A DNA stretch of 64,000 bases, taken from assembly GCF_009914755.1 (NCBI RefSeq), contig NC_060935.1; one strand, 5' to 3'. The notes under the pieces were generated by a model, which was not told the origin of the DNA, searched no databases, and saw only the letters and a program-made list of their open reading frames with translations. The position numbers were made by a program, and so were the translations under genes. Origin of the DNA: the human T2T-CHM13v2.0 reference genome, Homo sapiens. Below are positions 35,411-48,632 of this stretch, piece by piece. Numbering within the stretch: the stretch's first letter is position 1; every line of letters starts with the position of its first letter.

Positions 35411-36224
35411 GGTGTATATAAATGGCTACAAATCCAGCATCCATCTCTCCCTGTGGAGACCATACCTCTAAAGAGGCATTGATACTAGGACCATCTAACA
35501 TAGATTGGTGCTCCTAACTCCAAACAGAACCAGGATAAAATTAACAGTAAATAAAATGACAAGAAATGCATAAAGACGGGATAGATGAGTTTCATCACTG
35601 AATTATGAACTTTATTATTCAAGTCCTATGCCAGTCCTAAATTCCAACACCATTTCATCAACAACCTTATTAAAAAGATGAAAAATAGACCACTTTCTCT
35701 CACCAGTGAATGACCTTGATTCTTAAATATAACATATATGTTACAGAGTATTTGAAGTGTCTTAGGATGGTCAACGCGGCAGTTTAGAAAGTGGTAGGCC
35801 CTACTAGGAGGGGGTACTCAGTCCATTCAAAAAGAGGATTGGTCATAGGGACCTATAGTTTCAAAAGAAAAGATAATAAATATGGTAATAGTCATCATGA
35901 AAGCTTTCTTTGAAATACTGTATGCAACTTGAGTCTTGTTATTCCCAACACTACCCAACAAAAATGAGCAGAAGGAAAAATTGAGTCACTGTGAACTAAT
36001 AACAAAAATGCTTAAAACCCTTTGATAACAGGTTTCTCAAAGTTATACCATGTTCATGCTCAGTAGAAAATCATATTTCTGTTCGTTATTAGTCTGGGAG
36101 GGCAATGCATCAGCCAAAACAATCACAACAGAATGACCTGGAATTTATCACTTTGTCCAATTAACTTAGGTTTTTTCCCCTTTCTTTCTTCTCTCCCATC
36201 CTATTTTCCTTTATTCTTACAATA

Positions 36225-36322
36225 ACTACTATATTCCCACCATGTGCCAGGCACAACACTGCATACTGGGTAAGAACAGTTAAAAAGACATAGTCCCTGC
36301 CTTCATGTTGTTCACATTAGGT
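36225..36322 (-). mobile_element. LINE-2 3' end
   Basis: ccatgtgccaggcac...aagacatagtccctgccttcatg. Confidence 0.65.
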
Positions 36323-37231
36323 TTTATTCCAAAAGCAGCAACTGTGGCAGCTAATTATATAGTGTTTCGTCCAAGTCTCTGTAATGATCTCCCAAAAATT
36401 ACTCAAAACCTTCCTTACTCTCTTAACAATTGAACTATACCACAAATGTGAAGGATTTCTGGAAATATGAAGCAGTCATAAACATATTAAGTTCCTTTTG
36501 TCCTTCTGCTATTTCTTATAAACTATTAGAATTAAAATTAAATCTTTCGAGAAGGAGGTCAGTCTGAACTGTTCCAATAAATCTTACATGTGATGAAAAC
36601 AGGAAAGGGGAAAGAGAGAGACGAGCAAAGAAAAAAAACCTTTGTACCTGCCAAAAGTCAGCAATTGTGTGATCTCTTACAAATCAGTTGTTTTGCATGT
36701 AGTGATATAATGACAGGGGAAAAAGTAATTATAATTAGGTACCTATTTTGATTCCTCTCTCCATAGTATCAGTATTGAATGTCATTTGATTTTGGCAAAA
36801 GATAAGGTCATTGACTACTTAAAAGATGTACAAGACTACTTCTCTAAATGTTTCACATAGAAATATCTAAAAATGGAAAACATCTCAATCTCAATCACAT
36901 ACTAGCCAGCAGGACAATTTGCAAAATTCACAGCCAAAAATAAATAAACAAACAAACAGAATCTGTGGCCTCAATGACACTTAAAAAATTCAACAATATG
37001 GAATAAAAAAGAATTTTTAACTTATACATAAAAAACATGACAATGCTATGAAAACTTACTAAATCATTCAGTGTGTATAATTAGTGAATCTAAATTACCA
37101 CTAATTAGCTGAACATCTAACAACATAACTACAATTATTTCTTTCTTAAAATTATTTTTGCTCAGGTGTTATCGGTATTTAAGTGTTTCTTAAATAAAAT
37201 ATATTATCATTATTATTACATATAATGTCTT

Positions 37232-37463
37232 TAAATTTTTATTAATGTATAATAATTGTGTATATTTTGGGGGTACATGTGATATTTTGATACCTGTATA
37301 CAATGTGTAATGATCACATCAGGGTACTTCAAACATTTATCTTTTCTTTGTGCTGTGAACATTACAAATCTTCTCTTCTTGCTATTTCGAAATATACAAT
37401 AAATTATTTGTAACTATAATTTCCCTGCTATACTATTGAATACAAAAATACAATTAGAAGGAA
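37232..37463 (-). mobile_element. Short L1MA-like 3' end with 5' inversion
   Basis: Antisense L1MA 3'UTR plus an ~25-bp sense-oriented piece; TSD tacatataa(t/a)gtctt at 37217-37231 and 37464-37478. Confidence 0.8.
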
Positions 37464-40400
37464 TACATATAAAGTCTTGGACACATAAACATTTTTATCA
37501 GAGAATTCCATCCACCAAAGTTAAATCACTGCAAAAGAAATAGAGATATAATGAATATATTAATAAGCAGAAGTGCCTTCCACCATATGTGCCCTTGACT
37601 AGTTACATAAATATGAACAAATTCATATTTACCAATAATCCAATAATCCAATAATATATTTTGTTAAGTCTATATCCAGATAATTCTTTTCATATAAATA
37701 TTTCTCCTCAAGATTCTGATCTTGACATCTTGATTGGAAAAACTGACATACCACTTCTGGGTTTTTTATATTTTTATTTTTATATAAAAGGAAAACAAAA
37801 GTCTGTTTAATTAAAAATGAGGACTTACACAAAAGAATACCATAGCTCTTAATTATATTCTAGAGTAACTCACATCTCAAGCATCTAAAAAAAGTCCTTA
37901 AATAAATAAACAATCATCACTAGAAACAGACTATCCAGTAACACATTCAAGTTGCCAGAACGGCTGGAGATATTACTCAGTCATAATTATTAGAAATTCA
38001 TTACAGCCATAGCCTACAAATGAGAAATAAAGCAAATCGAAAGTGCTGATATTCTACATCCCCAAACAAACAACACTCTCAGTAAAATCTGAATAAAATA
38101 AATGGAAATATGGCCTAAAGCTGTACTAAATTATTATATGTTCATAAAACTACCAGCAATGCTAATCTAACTCATTTTTATCTCAGAAAACATCACATTT
38201 TCCACACTTCCTCCCACTAAAATAAAAGTGCTTCAACTTCGTCCCTTGGCCCAAATATTCAAATACAATTAAAAGATAACTGTGGCATCCTCTTTATAGA
38301 AATAGTTCAAATATAACCACAGAATCACATGCAGAAGTGAGCATTAAAACATTAGTTTTTAATTTAAGAAAAATACCCTTAACATTTTCTATGTTCATTA
38401 AAATGTTTAACATTTCAGATTGATGAAATACCCAGCATCAAGCCATGTAGTATGGCTTCACTTTCATCAAATAACATTTTATAATCATAAATTTACTTTC
38501 ATTCAAATTGCTGCTAATATTTAAACATTATTGTTCTTGCACTTTGTTCTATTGCTTTTGCATATAATAAAGAGCATGAAAAGTTAATTCATAAAATACG
38601 GAAGGCACAAATTTTATTCTGTAGACCAATAACGTAACGATTTATAGCCCAATTCATAGGTCTTAGCTGATAATACCTCTGAGATCAAGTTAAGTAGCTT
38701 CAGAAATTTCTGACTTTATAATCCACCTTTTCTTTATTCTTACATACCATAACTTCATTGCCACACATAGGTTTCCTTTTTCAATGTCAGTTAAATGTCT
38801 TCCAAGCTTCAGAAGCCCAAGACTTCTGATGGTATTTTCAAAATGTGGTGTTTCCCTTTAGTCTTATTAAATACTTTGATCACAATTAGTAAATACAACT
38901 ATAGTTTCTCATAAAATTTCATCTCTCCACCCTAACTTCACTTAAATACTGGAAAATGTTATCAAACATGTCAAAAGCCTCTTGAGTATAATTAAAGTTT
39001 ATGCATATATGTTCACATGAAGTGTAAAGATGGACAAAGTAAGGTTAGGAACTTTTCCATATGGCATCTGTATTGCATTTTACAAATTTCTGAAATGCTT
39101 ACTCTTCTCCAATTTGTTCCTAGCTCTTTCTTCTCCCTATCTCACACCCTAAACTCCCCTCTAGAAAATGTACTCCACATTAAATGGATCCAGTAAACTC
39201 ATTCCCACATTCAACTTTCTTCTGGACTATACACCATCCTCTGAAATGTCCTCCCCAGATAGTCCCAGCTTATCAATTTACCTTTCTTTTGTAAAGTTTC
39301 TTCTGACTTAATTAACATAGTGCTGGTAATCTCCAATGAGAGTTAATCTAAACATAAAATTCCATGACTCTTTTGTTTACCATTCTGTAATTACTTCTTT
39401 GCTTATATAGAATATTCTTAGGTATCTATTTCAAATATCCATATTTCTCACCTGCAACTGTTAACTTTATAATTATAAATTATAATATTAGCAACATTGT
39501 TATTCTTTATTATTATTGTAAATGATAATATCAGTAACATTCTTATCACCATTATTAGCTCCTACAAGTCTATAGAAGTATTTTGTGTGTAAGGCAGCAC
39601 AAGAATTGTTCCTTTTTCAGATCAAAGTATCACCTTATATTTGGGATGATTAAAACATTTGATAAGCCCTTTTGTTACATAGCTACAACATAATGGCTTA
39701 TAAAGGCCAACTTAATCATATGATTAGCTCAATTTTACTAAAGAACGCTGTTAAGTTTCAGATGCTGGCTCTGTCCTTAAGAAGTCAAAACACAATTTGA
39801 AAAATTAGCCAAACATCTAAAATATTTTTTCTCTACAACTTTTCCAACTATCAAGAACTTTTGAGTGTATCTCTAACTTAACTAGATGTTCTAGCATCAT
39901 GTAAATGGTCTCTGAAACTAAAGCAGGAAGAGATATCTTGGAAGAACATTTTCCTGAATAGTGGTCATAGTAGGACTAGGATAGCTCTATAAACTCTGAT
40001 TGCTGGCAAAAACTTTAAGATATTCAAGTAATTTATTCTCAACTCTCCAACTCCCTGCCTTCATAAACCAACTGTCCTGGGATTTACCTGGAAAACTTCC
40101 TTGACATCACCTGGAAATTTTTAAGCCTTCAATCTGCTAAATATTCTCCAGAAAGACATTCTGCCTCTTTCTGTGCCCAGTCTTCAAGAGATGCCAAGAA
40201 TTACTCTCATACCATTCAAGTCCTGCTGACCAGGGCCTAAGTGGAAAAGGTAATTTACAAAGAACGAAGCTATTCACTATGAACTACAATCACTGCTCTG
40301 CAACCAAGAATTTAGTCAGGTGTATCATACATCCCTTTGAGAACTTTTACCCAAAGCAGAAACTTAATTTCACTAATATCTCTTCTTTCTCAAGACTTCC

Positions 40401-42210
40401 AACATTCTAAATACGAAGGAGTTGTACTCTAGTAAACTGAGAAGGCAAGGTTAAGGCCCTCATTTTTCAACTATGATTAGACCAATGCTCTAGTCCAAGG
40501 ATTGAATGAACTAGTTGTGAAACCTAACCCTTATGAGCAAACTCACCTGTTCAGCAGTACAGTAAGTGTACTCTCCTCTGATTTTCCATATGGAGGGCCA
40601 ATTTAAAAAAATAAGAATTCTCAACTAAATAGCAGCTTTTTCTTTCAAAGTAAAAAACAAAGCCACTCTCACAGTGCTTACATTTGCAATACATCTGTAA
40701 AAAGTGATTTTTTAGCATCGGAAAGCATTTTAATTGTAGTAAACTGAACAATGCAGAAATTGTTTGAAGATTAATGAAATTCACAAACAACCCTTTTTAG
40801 AAAGTAACAACAATTTTTTCAACATTAAAGAGGAGCTCATTATATCAAGACAACTCCACTGTAAAAAGCAGTCTGACTTCAATCACTGCATATCTACATG
40901 TTAATGAACTTGCTGTATGAAGCAGGGAGAGAACAGAAAAAGTAATAGGAAGACTGACTTAATGTATATTTGCTAGGAAAAAAAATCTCCTTTAATCAAT
41001 AAAATACCTTTTCACTAGTATCATAATGGTATCTGAAACTCTTTCAAACATCACAAAAGGAAGATGATACTTGAAAGTTTCTTTAAGACATTACACAGTT
41101 CACACTTTCTTGCAGTGTTCACATACTGTCAGCATCACAGTTCTAAAGACTTTCAAGTTTCAACAGACAGATACAGGCTAGTACAAAGTCTTTGCCATAA
41201 AAATCTCGTTGCTGCCCCCTGATCAAACACAGACAAATCTGAAACTGAAAAGTGGGAACCAACCAGTGACCTTTGATTGGAACCACAAGCCTAGGTTTTA
41301 ATAAAATGCCTCATTCATTGCTCTTTGGTGCCAACAAGATAGGTGTGTTATAGACTGAAAAAAGTACTCAATACACCATTTACACCTATACAATGATTTC
41401 CATTATTCACCCTTGGAATTTGTGATTGTAGCAAGTGAGACACAGGTGTCTTAAAATGGCAAAACCCAAACACAAAAATGCACATTTCTACCTTTAAAAT
41501 AAAGAAATGACTTTACCCCTTCCTCTCATTTTCTTGCTACTGGTTTTCATGCCTTATTAATTGTATTGTACCAGTCTTTCCAAAACCGTAATTTGCACAA
41601 TATTTATTTGTTGCTATTCCTCAGGGCCTAAGGAATGCGGCAATATTCACTTTTGAACCCCTGATTTTCCTAGCATATTAATGCACTATTCAAATATTCA
41701 AATGCATTTCTACAAGGCCTATTTTAATTAAACCAAATGTTTGAAATTTTTGGTTATTTTATTTTGCCATTTTGGGGGAGGGCCAAGAAAAAAAAGGGTG
41801 TCAGACTACAACCATAGTTAGCACATTTTGATGCCTAATGTCAGACTGCCCTTAAGAGCAATGGCTCAAGAAAATGCAAGTCAAGTCCAATTCTTATGAG
41901 TTAAATGCTGGGAATGAAAGAAAGGGAGGAAATGTTTTCAAAGCCAATGCATTCCTAAGTGTTATGGTGGATGCACACAAGGAACTGTTAACCCCAGTTA
42001 AAATTGGAAGCTAGAATGGTGAGGGACCTGCAAGCTCTATAGTGCATGCCTTAATGACCTCTACAAACCATGACACTAAAATATTCTAACTCTTACTCTA
42101 AGACTAAAGGGCTTCACGTGTAATTGACAGTGTTATTCTAGTGCCTAGCATTATGCCTAAAATGTAGCAGGTGCCTTGTATTACATATAAATATGTAAAT
42201 ATATACATAT

Positions 42211-42411
42211 ATACGTACATATGTTTATACGTACATATATGTTTATACGTACATATATGTTTATACGTACATATATGTTTATACGTACATATATGTTTAT
42301 ACGTACATATATGTTTATACGTACATATATGTTTATACGTACATATATGTTTATACGCACATATATGTTTATACGTACATATATGTTTATACGTACATAT
42401 ATGTTTATACG
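42211..42411. repeat. 18-bp minisatellite (gtttatacgtacatatat), about 11 copies
   Basis: Near-perfect tandem array with one T>C variant; explains the repetitive ORFs on both strands. Confidence 0.97.
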
Positions 42412-42560
42412 AAAATGTATACATAAATAAAATGAATAATGAAGTGTGGGGCTACAACTTTGCCAGGATGAAAGGACAGTATGAATTGTAAACTCAATCT
42501 GAGGAAACAATCTACCTACAACACAAACTGGAAGGAAGGAAGGTAAGAAAGAAGGAAGAA

Positions 42561-42890
42561 GTGCCATTATTTCATTTCTTTTTATGGCTGAGTAGTATTC
42601 CATTGTATTTATAAAAGTGAAGTAACTCAGAAATGGAAAACCAAATATCATATGTTCTCACTTTTAAGGTGTGGTAAGCTATGAGGATGCAAAGGCATAA
42701 CAATGATATAATGGTCTTTGGGGCTTGGGGGAAATATGGGAGTCGGGTGAGGAATAAAGGACTACACATTGGATACAGGGTATACTACTTGGGTGATGGG
42801 TGCACCAAAATCTCAGAAATCACTACTAAAGAACTTATCCATGTAACCAAAACCACCTGTTCCCAAAAAACTATTGAAATATTAAAAGAA
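42561..42890 (+). mobile_element. L1PB-like 3' end with 5' inversion
   Basis: Antisense L1 piece ~42561-42612 then sense 3'UTR; TSD aaagaaggaagaa at 42548-42560 and 42891-42903. Confidence 0.88.
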
Positions 42891-43239
42891 AAAGAAGGAA
42901 GAAAGAACGGCAGAAATAAAGGGGAGGAATAAGAAAGGGAATAAGACAGGAAGGGAGGAGAAATCATGTACAGAATCATGTTGTCTGTACTACAACTAAG
43001 TATTCCTATCTACCCTCCTGATGGAGGGTAGATCCACTGCCTCTGGGCACCACAGTGGGCTCAGTAGCCTGAACTGCTCCTGTGAATGACCACAGCTATA
43101 CTGCTTCACCTACTGTAAATAAACATACACACACCCACAAACCCAGACACCTCCTAAGATATGAATGTAAGTATTTAGTTTAGCCAAACAGAAGACTCAT
43201 GACTTCATTCAGTTGCCAAATTACTTGACCCAAAGAATT

Positions 43240-43345
43240 CAAAGGTCATGAGGGCAGGGACTTTCTCTATCTCATACATGGTTATATCCCCTGACTTAGA
43301 TCAGTGCCTGACTAGAACAATAGGTATTTAACAAAAATTGTTCTA
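43240..43345 (+). mobile_element. LINE-2 3' end
   Basis: catgagggcagggact...tatatcccc...cagtgcctg...taggtatttaacaaaaattg. Confidence 0.6.
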
Positions 43346-43401
43346 AAACTGATATTGTCAACATTAATATTTTCAAGTCCCTGGACAGATTATAGTTTAT
43401 G

Positions 43402-43870
43402 GTAGGAGTTTTCAATGTATGGTCATGAAACCTCCAGGGGTTACCAAGACTCTTTCAGGGGTCTAATTTTTTCACAATAAGGATAATAATGTTATTTACT
43501 TTTCTTTAATAGATGATCTCTCACTCTGTCACCCAGATTGGAGTGCAGTGGCGCGATCATAGCTCAGTGTAATCTCAAACTCCTGGGCTCAAAAGAACCT
43601 CCACCTCAGCCTCCCTAGGAGCTAGGACTACATGTACACATCACCACACCTGGCTAATTTTTTTTTTTCATAGAGACAGAAACTTGCTATGTTGCCCAGG
43701 CAGGTCTCTAACTCCTGACCTCAAACTATCCACCCGCCTTGGTCTCCCAAAGTATAAGGATTACAGGTGTGAAACATGGTGCCCAGCCCCTTATTTGCCT
43801 TTTTCACTCTAATTCTCACAAGTATACAGTGGAGTTTTCCAGAGGTTATATAATAATGTGATTCCTCTGA
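43402..43870 (+). mobile_element. hAT DNA transposon (Charlie1-like) left part, split by an Alu
   Basis: gactctttcaggggtc...ttatttgcctttttcactct...tacagtggagttttccagagg resembles the Charlie1 left end. Confidence 0.6.
43500..43788 (-). mobile_element. Alu (AluJ-like)
   Basis: Antisense diverged dimer. Confidence 0.92.
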
Positions 43871-43911
43871 AGTCTAACATGTTCTTGTGTTTTTAAAATT
43901 TCTAATATGAA

Positions 43912-46900
43912 GACTTCCAATTCCGGGAAGATGGGGCAGAAGTACTTTTCCCCATTCCTTCCCCAAAACACAACTAAAAACCCTGGACACTGTATATAAG
44001 ACAAACATAAGAGGACTCTAAAAAGTGGAAAGAAGACAGGCTGGCTAGGAAACTCAGAACCAAGGAATGACACTGGTGAATTTCCTAGGTTTTCTTTTCG
44101 CGTTGTGTATACCAGACTTGGAGCTAAAGAAGCCAGCAACCTAAAAACATCAATAGATACAGAAAAAAAGTCCCCCAAAAAAGTTTGCTCTCTCTATCCC
44201 AAGGACCAGGAAAGAGGCAGCTTTTAGTAAGACAGGAAACTTTTAGACACTATCTTTTCTAACTCCAGATAAACACTGGAGAAAAAATACTATGGCTCCA
44301 CCCTGACCCACTCAAACCTAGTGGTGAACCTAGAATTCCACTCTCTCACGGCTTTAATGAGGTACCCAATACCCACCCCCGGAAATGTCAAAGAAAACCA
44401 GGTAGTCATCTGGGACTTTTACCCCCACCAGCCAGTAGCATCCCCATACCTGCACCTGTCCCTGGCCCCAGTGACCCTCCCACTTCTCCCGCAGAATGGT
44501 ATCAAGGAATGCCTAGTGGAGAGTCAAAACTTTCATCATTGACCAACAGTAATGAGGCCACCTCTGCTAAGATGTCAGTGAAGACCACATGGGGAGCTAG
44601 AACTCCCCATCCAGCACTACAAGAAGCCCCACCACCCAGAGGACCATCTGAACTTCCATATCCATCTAGCAGTAACAAGGTAGCAGCCTCCCTTCCCTTA
44701 CTGAACCAGTGTTAAGGAAAGCTAGCTAAAACAAGTTTACAAAAGAACCAGAGTGTCATAATAAAAAACAAAAATATATGGATTTCAAGCAAAAATCACT
44801 GTCATACCACAAAAGATCTCAAATTAAATGAAAAAGATAACCAATAGATGCCAACACCAAGATGTTAGAATAATCTGACAAACATTTTAAAGCAGCCATG
44901 ATAAAAAATATATAAATGAGCAATTATGAACCCATTTGAAACAAATGAAGGAAATAGCCTCAGCAGAGAAGTAGAAAACATAAAGAAGAACCAAATGAAA
45001 AAAAAACTGAAAACTACAATAACTAAAATTAAAAGCTCAATAGTAAATTTTTTAAAATAGCTGGTTCGGGTTGGTGCATGCGTTTAGTTCTAGCTACTCA
45101 AGAGGCTGAGACAGAAGGATAACTTAAGCCTGGGAGTTTTATGCTGCAGTGTGCTATGATCATACCACTGCACTCCAGCCTGGATGAAAGAGTGAGACCC
45201 TGTCACTATTTAAAACAAACAAACAAACAAACAAAAATAGAAGCTCAATAGAAGGGCTCAATTGTAGAATGGAAAGCACCAAATCAGTGAACCAGAAGAC
45301 AGAACAATAGAATATATCCAATCTAAATAACAGAGAGAAAACAGACTTCAAGAAAATGAACCGAATGTCAGGAAACTTTGAGGATATAGCAAAATATCTA
45401 ATATTCATGTCCTCAGAGTCCTGGAGGACAGAAGAAAGACAGTGACACTGAAAATGTACTCAAAGGAATAATAATTGAAAACATCCTAATTATAGTCACA
45501 TACATACATAAACCTACAGTTGAGCAAATCCCAAGCAGGATAAATTCAAAGAAATTCATGCAAAGATACATCATATTAAACTTCTGAAAACTAAAAACAA
45601 AAAAATCTTAAAAGCATCCAAAGAAAAATGACACCTTACCTATAAGGGGAAAATAATTCAAATGACGCAGATTTCTCATCAGAAACCATAGAAGCCAGAA
45701 AGAAGTGGCACAATATTTTCGAAGTGCTGAAAGAAATGACTAGTCAACCCAAAATCCTATACCCAATGAAAATATCCCTTAGGGATGCAGGGGAAATCAA
45801 AACATTCTCAAATGAAGGAAAATGAAGAGAGTTTATCACCAGCAGACCCACTCTAAAAAAAATGACTAAAGGAAGTTCTCTAAACAGAAAGGACAAAATA
45901 AAAGAAATGTTGAAACATCAGGAAGGAAGAAAGAATAAGAGAGGCAAAATATAATAGTGTGAATAAATACAATAGGATTTCCTTCTCCTCCTGAATTTTC
46001 TAAATTATGTTTGATGGTTAATGCACATTGCCTAATGTGGTTCTAAATGTATGTAGAGAAAACAGGTAAGACAATTACATTATAAACAGGGAAAGTAATT
46101 GGATATAAAGGGAGGTAAGGTTCTTACACTTGATGCAAACTGGTAAACTGACTATTCCAGTAGTCAAAGATTGATAGAACTGGACAGACAGAAATGATAC
46201 AGAAGAATTAAACAATCTGATCAACAGAATCTAATCAACATTCATAGAATACTCCATTCAATGACAGAATACACATCTTTTATGTGCCCCTAGAACATAT
46301 ACCAAGATAGACAACAAACTAGGCCATAAAACAAAACTCAACAAATTTTTAAAAACTGAAATCATACAGAGCATGTTCTCTGACCACAATGGGATTAAAC
46401 TGGAAATCAGTAAGAAAGAAAGAACTATCTCCAAATCCTTGGAAACTAAGCAACACACTTCCAAATAATCCATGAGTCAAAAAAAATTTTCAAAAGAAAT
46501 TTTTTTAAAAAAAGAAACACTAAACTAAGTGAAAATGAAAATATATCAAAATTTCTGAGGCATGGCTAAAGCAGTGCTGAGAAAGACATTTATAACACTA
46601 AATGCATGCATAAGAAAAGAAGAAAAATCTTAAATCAATAATCTAAACTCCCATCTCAAGAACCCAGAAAAACAAGAGAGCAAAATTAACCCAAAGCAAG
46701 CAGAAGGAAGAAAATGATAAAGAGCGGAAACCAATAAAATTGAAAACAGGAAAACAATAGAAAAGTAAACAAAACAAAAAATTGGTTCTTTGAAATGATC
46801 AATAATATTGGCAAGCCCCTATCAAGACTGACAAAGAATGAGAGAAAACACAAATTACCAATATTAGTAATGAAATAGGGGATATCATTACAGACCGTGC

Positions 46901-47300
46901 AGACATAAAAAGGATAGTAAGTGAATACTAGCAGTAACTCTACACACATAAATTTGACAATTTAGATGAAATGGACCACTTGCTCAAAAAACAGAAATTA
47001 CTACAATTCACTCAATATGAAATGACATAGTTAATTTGAATAGCCCTATAACTCTTAAGAAAATTGAATTCTTATGTTTAAGTACCCCCAAAAAGAAATC
47101 CCCAGGCCCAAATGTCTACCAAATGTTTAAAGATTAACACCAATTCTACGCAATCTCTTCCAGAAAACAGAAGAGAAGGAAACACTACCCAATTTGTTTT
47201 ACGAAGCTAGTATTAACCTGATAACAAAACCATACTGAAACAAATATGATACAAAAAAAAAACAAAGCTTCAGACCAAAACTCCTCATGAATTCTTTTTT
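43912..47300 (+). mobile_element. Old L1M element: 5'UTR, ORF1 and 5' part of ORF2, lacking the 3' end
   Basis: gacttccaattccgggaagatgg start; gcagatttctcatcagaaacc (ORF1); ctctgaccacaatgggattaaactggaaatc (EN); stops at agaccaaaactcctcatgaa. Confidence 0.78.
45058..45236 (+). mobile_element. Alu right monomer (FRAM/AluJ fragment)
   Basis: ctagctactcaagaggctgag...ccactgcactccagcctgg with (AAAC)n tail. Confidence 0.85.
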
Positions 47301-47399
47301 TAAAAGAACCCACAAACAAGTATCCACAGTAACCCCATAACACACTCTCTTCTTGACAGACAAAAATAATTTTAAAGTAAAAAACTCGTCAACAGAAAG

Positions 47400-47831
<432 letters not shown>

Positions 47832-48632
47832 ATTTAGGCCACTAGCTCCTAAGTTTACTAATGGTCACCTAAAGTGCTACAGCAGAAGTCTTCATGAACC
47901 TTCTGAAATGTGAGCAAAATCTCTTTAGGCTCATCTTCAAAGTAAGTCCAGTGAAGATACAAAAACAATGCTACCAAACTTTGAAATATTTAACTTTCAT
48001 AAGTCCTGGGGGAGTTAGAATCCTGCCCTTGTGACAGGAGATTCTGGGCAATAAACAATACCATGTAGTATTGAAATTTGGTCAGCCAAGAGGTATCTCT
48101 GGTAAACTCAGGATAATTCCTGCTAAGGGAAAAGAAATAGGTTGAGTCAGCTAAGCCTATTGTATCTCATCTATCAGAAACTCAGCCAAAGCATTATTGC
48201 CCTATGGTTTTCAGAGATCCCCAGCTCTTTACCGTCAAGAAATAGGCATCAAAATAGTATCTGACATACCCGCTAGGGCGGCTATAATGTTTTTTAATGG
48301 AAAATAAGTGTTTGCAAGAATGTAGAGAAATTGGAACCTTCATACATGGCTCATGGAAAGGTAAAATGATGCAGCTACTGTGGAAAACAGTTTGGCACTT
48401 TCTCCAAAATTAAACACGGGACTTTCATATGACCCAATTCCACTCCTAGGTATATATGCAAAAGAACAGAAAATAGGTGTTCAAACAAAACTTACACACA
48501 AATGTTCATAGGAGCACTATTCACAATAGCCAAAAAGTGGAAACAACCTAAATGTCCATCAATAGATGAATGGATAACCAAACTGTGGTACATATCATGG
48601 AATATTATTCAGTAATAAAAAGGAATGAAGTG

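Noticed and set aside
38747-38856. Minus-strand open frame ending at TG|gtatgt
   Set aside because: No polypyrimidine acceptor and no recognisable protein
42104-42651. Repetitive ORFs (YKHICT, RINIYV, FIRTYM) or a CRISPR-like array
   Set aside because: Translations of an 18-bp tandem repeat with no spacers, in eukaryotic DNA
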